Assembly: GCA_013697785.1 (NCBI GenBank)
Contig: JACCWE010000150.1
Coordinates: 2,474-66,473, forward strand
DNA length: 64,000 bases
DNA from: Gemmatimonadaceae bacterium
GTDB lineage: Bacteria; Gemmatimonadota; Gemmatimonadetes; Gemmatimonadales; Gemmatimonadaceae
Reading direction: 5' to 3'
Under the pieces are notes generated by a model, which ran no database searches, had not been told where the DNA came from, and saw nothing but the letters and a program-made list of their open reading frames with translations. Positions 1 to 8,952 of the stretch are shown here, piece after piece (position 1 is the first letter of the stretch; each line of letters begins with the position of its first letter). The position numbers and the translations under genes are program-made.

Positions 1-2315
1 ATGGCGGAAGGCACTTCACGGTGTTGCGGGAGCCGCATGGCGACGACCACGATTTGTGGATCGCACCAAACGATGGCAAGCGAATGATTCAGTCGAGCGA
101 TGGCGGCGCGAGCGTCTCGTACACGCGCGGCCAGAGCTGGACCGATCAGGACTTCTCCACGGCGCAGTTCTATCACGTCACGACGACGAATCACTTTCCA
201 TATCGCGTTTGCGGCGCGCAGCAGGACAACTCCGGAGTGTGCGGGCCGAGCAGATTTCCAGGCGGAATTCCGCGCAGCGAATGGTATGATGTGAGTGGCG
301 AGGCCGGCTTCGTTCAGGCGCGCCCCGATGATCCCGACATCACGTACGGCGGCGACAACAGCGGCACCATCTTTCGCCTCGATCACAAGACTGGATTCAC
401 GCGCTCGATCAATGTGTGGCCTGATAGTCCCGATGGGCATCCTGCCAGCGAGGCAAAGTATCGCTTCCAGTGGACCGCGCCGCTCCTGATCTCGTCATTC
501 GATCCGCACGTGCTCTACACGGGCGGCAATCGACTCTTCAAGACGGTCACCGAAGGCCAGAGCTGGACGGCCATCTCGCCCGATCTCACGCGCCACGATC
601 CGGCGACGCTCGGAATCTCCGGCGGCCCGCTCACCGCGGATCAGACGACCGTCGAATACTATGGAACGATCTTCGCGCTCGCGGATTCGAAGCTCGCGAA
701 GGGCGAGCTGTGGGCGGGCTCCGATGACGGACAGATGCATCTCTCGCACGACGGCGGCGCGACGTGGAGCGACATCACCCCCAAAGCCCTCGGCGACTTC
801 ACGCGCGTCTCGAGCATCGAGCCAAGCCATTTTGTGCGCGGCACGGCATACGTCGCCGCTAACCGGTATCAGCTCGAGGACATGGCGCCGTACATCTGGA
901 AGACCACCGACTACGGCAGGAGCTGGACGCGCATCGACAGTGGCCTTCCCAGCGAAGAGTTCGTGCGCGTCGTGCGCGAGGACCCAATGCGCAAGGGCCT
1001 TCTCTACGCCGGTACCGAGCGTGGCGTGTGGGTGAGCTTCGACGACGGCGCGCACTGGAAGTCGCTCCGACGCAATCTGCCGATCGTGCCTGTGCACGAC
1101 CTCGCGATCAAGGACGGCGATCTCATCGCGGCGACGCACGGTCGGGGCTTCTGGATTCTCGACGATGTGTCTCCTCTCCGACAAATGAACGATCAGATCG
1201 CGAGCGCACCCGCGCATCTCTTCAAGCCCAGGGATGCGTGGCGCGTGCTCTGGGGGAATCCGCAGCCGCCGGATCCCGCTCGCCCTGTGGGAATGAATCC
1301 TCCAGACGGTGCGCTCATCTACTACTCGATCGCAACCGCGCATCAGGAGGTACACGTCGATATTCTCGACGCACGCCATCGCCTCATTCGTACCTTCGCG
1401 AGCATGCAGGATTCGCTGGAGCGGGCCGACAGCACGCACGACGACAGCGTTCATCACGGAGAAGTCGACAGCACGAGGAAGGCGCTCAACGATTCCCTCG
1501 CGCACGCGGGCCAGAAGCCGGACTCGAGCAAGCTGGTGTACGGTGAAGACTCGGGACGGGATGAAGCGGAGAAACCCTGGCCGCAACGCGTTCCTCCCGC
1601 CACGCGTGCGCCCGACAAGATGGGCCTCAATCGGTTCGCATGGAATCTTCGCTATCCGGAGGTCCCGGGCTTTGCCGGAATGATGGGCGTCACCACGGAT
1701 GGACCGATCGCGCTCGCCGGTCGTTATTGGGTGCGCGTTCACATCGGCAGCTGGGTCGACTCGGCGAGCTTTCTCATCAAGGAAGATCCGCGCGTGCATG
1801 CGACCCCCGCCGAGCTCGCGGCGCAGTTCGCGTTTTTGCAGGAGATCCACGATACGGTGAGCGCGGGGACCATGGCGGTGGTCACGATTCGCAATGTTCG
1901 CGCGCAACTCGAAGACAGGCTGGCGGGACTTCGCGGAAGCGACAGCGCGTCGATCGCGCCGCTCGCGGCCGAGCTCCGCGATTCGCTCGCGGCGGTGGAG
2001 CAGCAGCTGTATCAGGTGCGCTTTCGCGCCGATGAGGACTACCTGAACTTTCCGGCGCTGGCAATGCAACGCATCAGTGCACTCACCGCGCACGTCTCGT
2101 CGGAAAGCGGGAAGATGGCGACGCAGCAGCGCGGCGTGTACAACCAGTTCACGCCGACGCTGCAGCGCGATCTGCTCGCCTACAAGCGGGTGCTCGCGAA
2201 GGAGCTGCCGAAGGTCAATGCGCGGCTGCAGCAGATCGGCAAGCCGACGATCGTACCGCAGGCAAAGGAGCTGAGGCCTCCGACGCCGGCCGCAATCGTG
2301 TCGGTGGAAAAGTAG
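1..2315 (+). CDS. BNR/Asp-box repeat beta-propeller protein (sortilin/VPS10-like glycosyl-hydrolase-like), 5' partial
   Basis: Frame 3 is open from the window start (no stop before nt 21), so the gene continues upstream. Repeated Asp-box motifs S-x-D-x-G-x-(S/T)-W are present: SSDGGASVSY, SHDGGATWSD, TTDYGRSWTR, SFDDGAHWKS. TAG stop at 2313-2315. Confidence 0.8.
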   Translation, partial: GGRHFTVLREPHGDDHDLWIAPNDGKRMIQSSDGGASVSYTRGQSWTDQDFSTAQFYHVTTTNHFPYRVCGAQQDNSGVCGPSRFPGGIPRSEWYDVSGEAGFVQARPDDPDITYGGDNSGTIFRLDHKTGFTRSINVWPDSPDGHPASEAKYRFQWTAPLLISSFDPHVLYTGGNRLFKTVTEGQSWTAISPDLTRHDPATLGISGGPLTADQTTVEYYGTIFALADSKLAKGELWAGSDDGQMHLSHDGGATWSDITPKALGDFTRVSSIEPSHFVRGTAYVAANRYQLEDMAPYIWKTTDYGRSWTRIDSGLPSEEFVRVVREDPMRKGLLYAGTERGVWVSFDDGAHWKSLRRNLPIVPVHDLAIKDGDLIAATHGRGFWILDDVSPLRQMNDQIASAPAHLFKPRDAWRVLWGNPQPPDPARPVGMNPPDGALIYYSIATAHQEVHVDILDARHRLIRTFASMQDSLERADSTHDDSVHHGEVDSTRKALNDSLAHAGQKPDSSKLVYGEDSGRDEAEKPWPQRVPPATRAPDKMGLNRFAWNLRYPEVPGFAGMMGVTTDGPIALAGRYWVRVHIGSWVDSASFLIKEDPRVHATPAELAAQFAFLQEIHDTVSAGTMAVVTIRNVRAQLEDRLAGLRGSDSASIAPLAAELRDSLAAVEQQLYQVRFRADEDYLNFPALAMQRISALTAHVSSESGKMATQQRGVYNQFTPTLQRDLLAYKRVLAKELPKVNARLQQIGKPTIVPQAKELRPPTPAAIVSVEK

Positions 2316-2321
2316 CGCTGA

Positions 2322-3545
2322 TTAACGCGGAACTACCGTCGCATCGGGGAACAGGCTCCGGATCACGGCGTCGGCGACGACGGCGCGCACCATGCCGAAC
2401 TTCGGCGTGTCGCGCGTCGGGTTCACGCGGTTGGTGAGCAGCACAATCACGATGTCACGTGTGGGATCGATCCAGATCGACGTGCCCGTGTATCCCGTGT
2501 GTCCGAAGCTGCGTGCGGACGTGTAGCTCCCTGCGGATGAATTCTCGGATGGCGTGTCCCATCCGAGCGCGCGCGATGAGCCCTCGGGCTGATTCTGGCG
2601 CACGGACCACGTCGTGAACTCGGCCGGTGGCTGCAGGGGGCCGACTACGGTGCGGCCGAGCGAGCCGGCGAGCACCCATTCGCCGAATCGAAGGAGATCG
2701 TCGGCATCGCTGAAGAGCCCCGCGTGTCCCGACACGCCCTCGAGGCGCCACGCATTCTCATCGTGCACGTCCCCTCGAAGCGCGGTCGTCGGACGTCCCG
2801 GCACCTGCTCGATCTCGGTCGACGCGATCTCCGCGCGCCATTCGCGCGGAGGGAGATAGCGCATGCGCGTGAAGCCGAGTGGTGTCGCAACGCGCTCGGC
2901 GAAGAGGGCGTCGATGCGCGTGCCGTACGCGCGCTCGAGAATCGTCGCGAGCGTGATGGCGCCGAGGTCGGAGTAGACCATGCGCGCGCCCGGAACGGTG
3001 TCGAGATTCGCCGCGAGCGCCTCGAGGAGCGCATCGTGCCTGCTGCCCGGATGCTTCCAGAGCGGTGGCACGGGATCGGGAGGAAGGCCGCTGTCGTGCA
3101 GGAGCAGGTCGCGCACGATCACGCGCGACTTCTCTCCGCTCCCGCGTGCGAATTCGGGGAGATAGTGCACAACGGGAGAGTCGAGGGCGATCTTCCCTTC
3201 GTCGACCGCCATCATCGCGAGCGTCGTGAGTGCGACGACCTTCGTGAGCGACGCCATGTCGTAGAGCGTGCGCCCATCCGGCGGTCGCGGATCATCGACG
3301 GCGAGCTTTCCGATCGAGTGCTCGAAGTGCAGGCCGCCGAGCGAGACTGCGAGGACAGCGCCGGGCGCGGCACCGGCGGCGATTGCGGAGTCGAGGGTGC
3401 GCGCGGCGGGCGCGAGCCGCATCGACAGCTCGGCGTCGACGGGGATTGGAATGGACGGCGGGAGCGTGTTGTGCGCGCAGGCGCTCGCGAGCGCGATCGC
3501 GGCAATTGCGCCGAGCATTGCGAAGGTGCGAAAGGGGCGTGGCAT
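2322..3545 (-). CDS. Serine hydrolase, beta-lactamase/PBP4*-like family, probable lipoprotein
   Basis: Lies in the 446-aa ORF 2322..3662. The internal ATG at 3545 gives signal peptide MPRPFRTFAMLGAIAAIALASAC. S-x-x-K motif ASLTKVV. TAA stop. Confidence 0.85.
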   Translation of the reverse strand: MPRPFRTFAMLGAIAAIALASACAHNTLPPSIPIPVDAELSMRLAPAARTLDSAIAAGAAPGAVLAVSLGGLHFEHSIGKLAVDDPRPPDGRTLYDMASLTKVVALTTLAMMAVDEGKIALDSPVVHYLPEFARGSGEKSRVIVRDLLLHDSGLPPDPVPPLWKHPGSRHDALLEALAANLDTVPGARMVYSDLGAITLATILERAYGTRIDALFAERVATPLGFTRMRYLPPREWRAEIASTEIEQVPGRPTTALRGDVHDENAWRLEGVSGHAGLFSDADDLLRFGEWVLAGSLGRTVVGPLQPPAEFTTWSVRQNQPEGSSRALGWDTPSENSSAGSYTSARSFGHTGYTGTSIWIDPTRDIVIVLLTNRVNPTRDTPKFGMVRAVVADAVIRSLFPDATVVPR

Positions 3546-3763
3546 CGAACGAAGGTAACTGATCCCGACGTGCTCTCGCGAGCGCGCAGATGCAAAACGG
3601 GTGGGCGCCTCGACCAGTATCAAACACACGCTCCCCACTGCGTATCGTATCGCAATCAGCACATGGCGCGCGCATCAGTGGCATTGAGCAGTCACTCGCG
3701 CACCACAGGATCTGCGCCATGCTCTGCCGGTGCGATCGAAGGCTCGACTTGCAGATAAAGCAC

Positions 3764-4643
3764 CTACCTCCCCTGCAGATCCGGGTCGCTGCCATCGACG
3801 AGTGGAATCATGATCGTTCCCCAGGGAAGCCCACCATTCGTGGCGGCCCCGCTCGCGGCACCGTTCGGTCCTCCGCCCGCGCTGGGAGCGCCACCCCCAG
3901 CGCTCGAGCTCGCGACGGCGTTCGATGCCGCTCTTTGCGCCTCGGCGGCCTCCTCCATCTTCTGCGCGAGAGTCTTCTGGCTTCGCGACGTGTCCCGCTT
4001 CTTCCCGATCGCGTTCTCCACCTGCTCACGCGTGATGACCACCGCGCGACGGGGCAGCACCTGAGGCGCATTCGGGCCGCCGTGGTACATTCCGATTGCC
4101 CGATCGTACGAGCCCGTGAAGAGCGACGCGAAGCCCGGCGTACCGAAGACCATGTCGAATCCCACCTTCGCCGCGAAGCTCAGCCCTGTCTGAGGAATCA
4201 TCACGCTCGGAGTCGTCACCAGCGCGACATCGCTCCCATTCACCGCGCTCTGCACGCCCGTGTCGCGGATGGATCACGCGAAAGCCGTTGGCGACGATTC
4301 TATAGTGATCGCTGGGCCTGACCGCCGTCAGCGGATCGCTCGGCCCCACGGACCAGTCGAAGTCCGAGATCGAACCCCGCCGGCCCGTTGGATTTCGCGG
4401 CTCCTCTTTTCCCGATTCGTCGAGAAGGGCGATCTGCACCGCCTGACAGGCGCCGATCGGGAGCGCATTCGCGAATGGAATGATCGATACGGTCCACGGC
4501 ATTAGCGTAGTCCCGAGCGACTGCATTGAGGTTGCGGGTCGCGGAAGAGCTGTCGCGTTCGCTTGCGCCCTTGCGTGAGAAGCGGCGAGGATCAAACCAA
4601 TCACGACGATTGCGACGAACCACCGCGGCGCACTACGAACCAT
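3764..4643 (-). pseudogene. Decayed, fused copy of the 8953-10597 two-gene module
   Basis: The N-terminal frame (4026..4643) has a signal peptide plus IPFANALPIGAC...ISDFDWSV, like the lipoprotein at 10076..10525. It runs directly into DHYRIVANGFRVIHP, matching GRYRIVANGFRVLHE of 8953..10056. The frame then shifts near 4255-4275 to ...QVLPRRAVVITRE...IPLVDGSDPDLQGR, followed by TAG where the intact paralog has Tyr (QGQYVLYIQVE versus QGR*VLYLQVE). About 190 codons of the central region are missing. A GGAGGA Shine-Dalgarno and the ATG at 4643 are retained. Confidence 0.7.
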
Positions 4644-4857
4644 GTGTCCTCCAAGAAAGAGATATCGATATGGAGTAACGCGGCCAGGAGTGCTGCAATC
4701 TCATTTCCCTCTAGTTGCCCGGGGTGTACAGGGGTGGACGTGTCCTGGACCGCCGCCCATGATTTCCCGCTGTGCGAACGCGCGCACGCCCCGCAATCTT
4801 CGGTGACAACGGTACACGCGCGCCGCACGTAAGCCGAGAACGGCATCATCCGCCAGC

Positions 4858-5565
4858 ATGTTCCACGACAGACCAACTTCTATGACATCAGTCAATCGCT
4901 CAGTTCTTCTGCTCCCTCTCGCTGTCGGGCTGGCCGCGTGCGGCGGCCAGCCTTCGGCGCATCGCGACGCGCCATCTCCTGCTACTCCAGGCGCGCAGGG
5001 TGAAGCCGCCGCCATTGCGCGCGCGCAGGCGGACAGCATTCGCAATCCGTACACGGCCGCGGACGTGCATTTCATGCAGGGGATGATCGGACATCACTCG
5101 CAGGCGATCGCGATGGCGAGCTGGGCGCCGACGCACGGCGCGAATCCATCCGTGCGCACACTCGCCGAGCGGATCATCAACGCGCAGCAGGATGAGATCG
5201 CGACGATGCAGACGTGGCTCGCCGATCGCCACCAGACGGTGCCGGAGGCGAGGGCGACGCCGATGAAAATGGTGATGAATGGGAAGGAGCAGGTGATGCT
5301 GATGCCGGGGATGCTCACCGAGGAGCAGATGCACCAGCTCGACCTCGCGAAGGGCCCGGATTTCGATCGCCTCTTTCTCACGAGCATGATCCAGCACCAT
5401 CGCGGCGCCGTGTCGATGGTGAAGGATCTCTTCGGCACCTACGGCGCCGTGCAGGACGAACTCATATTCAAATTCGCATCCGACGTGAACGTGGATCAGA
5501 CCACGGAGATCGCGCGCATGGAGCGAATGCTCAACTCCTACTCGCCCGGCAAGGGCGCGCAGTAG
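4858..5565 (+). CDS. DUF305 family protein (four-helix-bundle, metal-associated), lipoprotein
   Basis: Lipobox LAVGLAAC. Duplicated DUF305 motifs HFMQGMIGHHSQAIAMA and FLTSMIQHHRGAVSMV. An alternative start is ATG 4882. Confidence 0.85.
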   Translation: MFHDRPTSMTSVNRSVLLLPLAVGLAACGGQPSAHRDAPSPATPGAQGEAAAIARAQADSIRNPYTAADVHFMQGMIGHHSQAIAMASWAPTHGANPSVRTLAERIINAQQDEIATMQTWLADRHQTVPEARATPMKMVMNGKEQVMLMPGMLTEEQMHQLDLAKGPDFDRLFLTSMIQHHRGAVSMVKDLFGTYGAVQDELIFKFASDVNVDQTTEIARMERMLNSYSPGKGAQ

Positions 5566-5620
5566 GCACGCGCACCGCGCATCACCAAAAGCCACATCAC
5601 GCTCCCTGGAGGATTTGGAA

Positions 5621-7609
5621 ATGGCATCTGTTCTTCGTGCTCGCAGCCTCATCGCCACCGGTGTTCTCGTCGCGGCAGCCTGCTCGCACAACACTTCATC
5701 GATGGCCGGCAGCTCGGCGTCGCCGAAGTCGAGCATGTCCGCGACGGCGCCCAACCCCGACCCGCGCGTGGGCCTGCGCGCCGGTCTGATGGATGCGCAG
5801 GAAGCGACGTGGAATCTGCGCGTCGTCTCGCGCACGCAGCCTTCGGCAAAGTTCGCGGGGATCACGAACTCCGATCTCGCCTTCACGGGACCGTACGCGA
5901 TTCAGGGGAGCTACGCGGGCTATCAGATCTGGGACATCTCGAACCCCGCGCATCCGACGCTCAAGACGGCATACTACTGCCCTGCCTCGCAGAGCGATGT
6001 CTCCGTCTACAAGAATCTCCTCTTCGTTTCCGGTGAAGGGCTGACGGGGCGCGTCGACTGCGGCGCCGAAGGTGTGAAGGACACCGTGAGCAAGGATCGT
6101 CTCCGGGGCCTTCGCATCTTCGACATCACCGACATCACCAACCCGAAGAACGTCGGCAACGTGCAGACGTGCCGTGGCTCGCACACGCACACGGCGCTCG
6201 TCGATCCGAAGGATCCGGACAACGTCTACATCTACATCTCGGGCTCCTCGCGCATCCGCTCGCCGAACGAGCTTCCCGGCTGCGTCAGCGACATGCCCGA
6301 CAAGGATCCCAACTCGGCGCTTTTCCGCATCGAGGTGATCAAGGTTCCGCTCGCGCACCCCGAGCAGGCCGCGATCGTGAGCTCGCCGCGCATCTTCAGC
6401 GATCTCGTCGCGCCGGCCCGGCACGGTGAGTCGCAGCTCGACATCGATGCCGATGCGAAAGCCGTTGCCGATGCAAAGGCGAAGGGCGGCTTCACCGGCA
6501 TGATGCGTGGACACGAGGTCATCATTGCTGCGGGAATTACAGCTCCCCTTCTCGACAGCATCGCGAAGGCGCGCGGTGCGATGACGCCGAACGCCGCCGA
6601 CAGCGCTGCGCTCCGCGCGGCGCTCCCGGGGGTGCTCGCAAAGCGCGCTGGTCCGCCACAGGTCAGCGATCCGAAGGCGGGGCCGACGCAGTGCCATGAC
6701 ATCACCGTGTATCCTGCCATCGGAATGGCGGGTGGCGCGTGCGAGGGTTACGGCCTACTCCTCGACATCCGCGACCCCGCACATCCGGTGCGCCTCGCCG
6801 CCGCGTCCGACTCCAACTTCTCCTACTGGCACTCGGCGACCTTCAACAACGATGGCACCAAGGTTCTCTTCAGCGATGAATGGGGGGGCGGCGGCCAGCC
6901 GAAGTGCCGCATCACGGACAAGCACGAGTGGGGCGCAGACGCGCTCTTCACGATCGTCGACGGCAAGATGCAGTTTCAGAGCTACTACAAGATGCCGGCG
7001 CCACAGACCAAGAACGAGAACTGCGTTGCGCACAATGGCTCGCTCGTGCCGATCCCGGGACGCGACGTGATGATCCAGTCGTGGTACCAGGGCGGCATCT
7101 CGCTCTTCGACTGGACCGACATCGCGCATCCGAAGGAGATCGCCTTCTTCGATCGCGGCCCGGTCGACTCCACGCGCATGGCGAGCGGCGGATCGTGGTC
7201 GGTCTACTGGTACAACGGTGTGATGGTGAGCTCCGAGATCTCGCGCGGGCTCGACATCGTGGAGCTCACCCCGAGCGCGTTCATCTCGCAGAACGAGATC
7301 GATGCGGCGAAGACGGTCAAGTTCGACTATCTCAATACGCAGGGGCAGCGGAAGATCGTGTGGCCGCCGAGCTTCGCGCTCGCGCGCTCGTATCTGGATC
7401 AGCTCGAGCGCTCGCACGGGCTCGCATCGGACAAGATCGCGGCCGATCGCGCTGCGCTGACGAGCGCGGAGCAGGCCGCGGAGTCGGCGCGCGGCACGGC
7501 GCTGACGACGCTGGCATCGAAGATCGACGGCACGGCCGGCTCCTCCAGCGACGGTGCGAAGGTGCACAAACTGGCCGACGCGGTGAAGTCGCTGGCCGCC
7601 GCGCAGTAA
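5621..7609 (+). CDS. LVIVD-repeat beta-propeller protein, lipoprotein
   Basis: The ORF begins at TTG 5615, but ATG 5621 sits 8 nt after GGAGGA. Signal and lipobox LVAAAC. LVIVD-type repeats GLRIFDITDITNPK, GLLLDIRDPAHP, GLDIVELT. TAA stop. Confidence 0.8.
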   Translation: MASVLRARSLIATGVLVAAACSHNTSSMAGSSASPKSSMSATAPNPDPRVGLRAGLMDAQEATWNLRVVSRTQPSAKFAGITNSDLAFTGPYAIQGSYAGYQIWDISNPAHPTLKTAYYCPASQSDVSVYKNLLFVSGEGLTGRVDCGAEGVKDTVSKDRLRGLRIFDITDITNPKNVGNVQTCRGSHTHTALVDPKDPDNVYIYISGSSRIRSPNELPGCVSDMPDKDPNSALFRIEVIKVPLAHPEQAAIVSSPRIFSDLVAPARHGESQLDIDADAKAVADAKAKGGFTGMMRGHEVIIAAGITAPLLDSIAKARGAMTPNAADSAALRAALPGVLAKRAGPPQVSDPKAGPTQCHDITVYPAIGMAGGACEGYGLLLDIRDPAHPVRLAAASDSNFSYWHSATFNNDGTKVLFSDEWGGGGQPKCRITDKHEWGADALFTIVDGKMQFQSYYKMPAPQTKNENCVAHNGSLVPIPGRDVMIQSWYQGGISLFDWTDIAHPKEIAFFDRGPVDSTRMASGGSWSVYWYNGVMVSSEISRGLDIVELTPSAFISQNEIDAAKTVKFDYLNTQGQRKIVWPPSFALARSYLDQLERSHGLASDKIAADRAALTSAEQAAESARGTALTTLASKIDGTAGSSSDGAKVHKLADAVKSLAAAQ

Positions 7610-7617
7610 CGGACGCA

Positions 7618-7645
7618 GAGGCGCTTCGTCTAGGCGAAGCGCTTC
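7618..7645. terminator. 11-bp stem hairpin between convergent genes
   Basis: GAGGCGCTTCG (7618-7628) pairs with CGAAGCGCTTC (7635-7645) around a 6-nt loop. It overlaps the stop of the minus-strand DUF2277 gene and follows the LVIVD stop. There is no clear U-tract. Confidence 0.35.
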
Positions 7646-7896
7646 TCCGACCGCTCCCGCGCCTTTCGCACTTCTTCATCGCGATTGCGCGGAGCGGCGC
7701 TCGTTTCGAGTGACTGAATCAGCCTGCGGGCGGCGACGGCCACTTCGTCGACCGCCCGTTCGAACGCCTGCTCGTTCGCGCGCGAGGGTCGCGTGGTGCC
7801 GCTCAGCTTGCGCACGAACTGGAGCGCGGAAGCGCGCACCTCATCGTCGGTTGCGGGCGGCTCGAAGTTCGCCAGCGTCTTGATGTTTCTGCACAT
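7630..7896 (-). CDS. DUF2277 domain protein
   Basis: The ATG at 7896 gives MCRNIKTLANFEPPATDDEVRASALQFVRKLSG, the characteristic DUF2277 N-terminus. Confidence 0.85.
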   Translation of the reverse strand: MCRNIKTLANFEPPATDDEVRASALQFVRKLSGTTRPSRANEQAFERAVDEVAVAARRLIQSLETSAAPRNRDEEVRKARERSEKRFA

Positions 7897-7921
7897 CGTC
7901 CAGTTCTCCTGGTGGCACCTG

Positions 7922-8299
7922 CTAGAGGCGCTGGGCAATTGCGAGGATGTTTCCCTCGGTGTCCTTGAACCACGCGCTCTTCACGCCGCCGCCCGTTGCA
8001 ATGCCGTTCACGGTTTTGTACCCCGGCGTGTCGTATTCCTCGAAGACGACTCCGCGCTTTTTCAGATCGGCGACTTCCGCGTCGATGTCCGGTACGTCCC
8101 AGAAAGCGGTGCTCGCCTTGTTCGTCCCGGCGCCTCCGGATATGTACGCGAAGAATTTCGAGCCCTTTGCCGATTCGTACATGCTCCCGATCTCCGAGCT
8201 CTCGAGCGGTCGAAAGCCAAGCGTCGTCTCGTAGAATTTTCTGGCGCGCGCGAGATCGGAAACGGGAATATAGGCGATGATCTGTGAGTGGCTCAACAT
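7922..8299 (-). CDS. VOC (glyoxalase/bleomycin-resistance fold) family protein
   Basis: ATG 8299 is preceded by GGAGAAAGG. MLSHSQIIAYIPVSDLARARKFYETTLGF...WFKDTEGNILAI is a typical VOC beta-alpha-beta-beta-beta pattern. Confidence 0.85.
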   Translation of the reverse strand: MLSHSQIIAYIPVSDLARARKFYETTLGFRPLESSEIGSMYESAKGSKFFAYISGGAGTNKASTAFWDVPDIDAEVADLKKRGVVFEEYDTPGYKTVNGIATGGGVKSAWFKDTEGNILAIAQRL

Positions 8300-8448
8300 G
8301 GCCTTTCTCCTTGAATAATTGCTGATTAACCGTGCAAAGGAGGGACCACTATCGCCTGCCCGCAGCAAGGCCGCGGATGCTGCGACACGAAGCCCGGAGC
8401 GCTATTTTACGGCGCCAATCCCAATCGTATCTCTGGAGGATCATCAGC

Positions 8449-8904
8449 ATGATGCAGCTCTTTCGCTCGGCCCTCATTCTCGGCGGCGCGCTGTCGCTCG
8501 CCGCGGCACGCCCCCACGCCGCGCCGAATCCGTGGACCATCGTGGTCGGCAATGGCCCGTACGCGGGGACGTACAATGCGAAGGCGAGCGAGGTCCTCTG
8601 TTTGAACGCGAAGCCGCAGAAGTTCTTCGCTGCGTCGTTCAGGGATTTCGAAGCGAAGGGCCCGCGCGCGCTCGGGGACGGCGGCATCAAGGTCGACAAT
8701 CCCGATGTGGCTGGGGCGAAGCACGGCGACCTGCATGTCGCGTTTGGCGATGACAAGAAGCGCTCGATCGAATACGACGTCTACAACGTGCCCATCTCCT
8801 TCACTGCGAAGGGAAAGGTCATGGAGCTGTCGGGTGCCGGGAAAACGAAGGACGGGGTACTGCTCAAGATCACCGCGACCTGCAACGACATCACGACGAT
8901 GTGA
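8449..8904 (+). CDS. Hypothetical secreted protein
   Basis: ATG 8449 follows GGAGGA. Signal peptide MMQLFRSALILGGALSLAAARPHA. No recognisable family. Confidence 0.6.
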   Translation: MMQLFRSALILGGALSLAAARPHAAPNPWTIVVGNGPYAGTYNAKASEVLCLNAKPQKFFAASFRDFEAKGPRALGDGGIKVDNPDVAGAKHGDLHVAFGDDKKRSIEYDVYNVPISFTAKGKVMELSGAGKTKDGVLLKITATCNDITTM

Positions 8905-8952
8905 TGATCATGCGGGAGGCGACATCTCGTGCGATTTCCTCCCGCAGTTGCG

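Noticed and set aside
495-2093. Long antisense ORFs opposite recognisable genes: 495..2093(-), 11054..13345(+), 18018..19841(+), 24207..25274(-), 27470..29386(-), 42813..44474(+), 57329..58438(-), and many shorter ones.
   Set aside because: Their translations are Arg/Ala/Gly/Pro-rich with no recognisable motifs. Each is fully overlapped by a gene on the other strand that has clear family signatures. Such shadow ORFs are expected in high-GC DNA because stop codons are rare.
4662-4671. Perfect 10-bp palindrome ATATCGATAT in the divergent intergenic region between the pseudogene and the DUF305 gene. CACGTC-N4-GACGTG near 22106-22121 is a similar case.
   Set aside because: These are too short and isolated to call operators without comparative or experimental support, so they are not reported as features.
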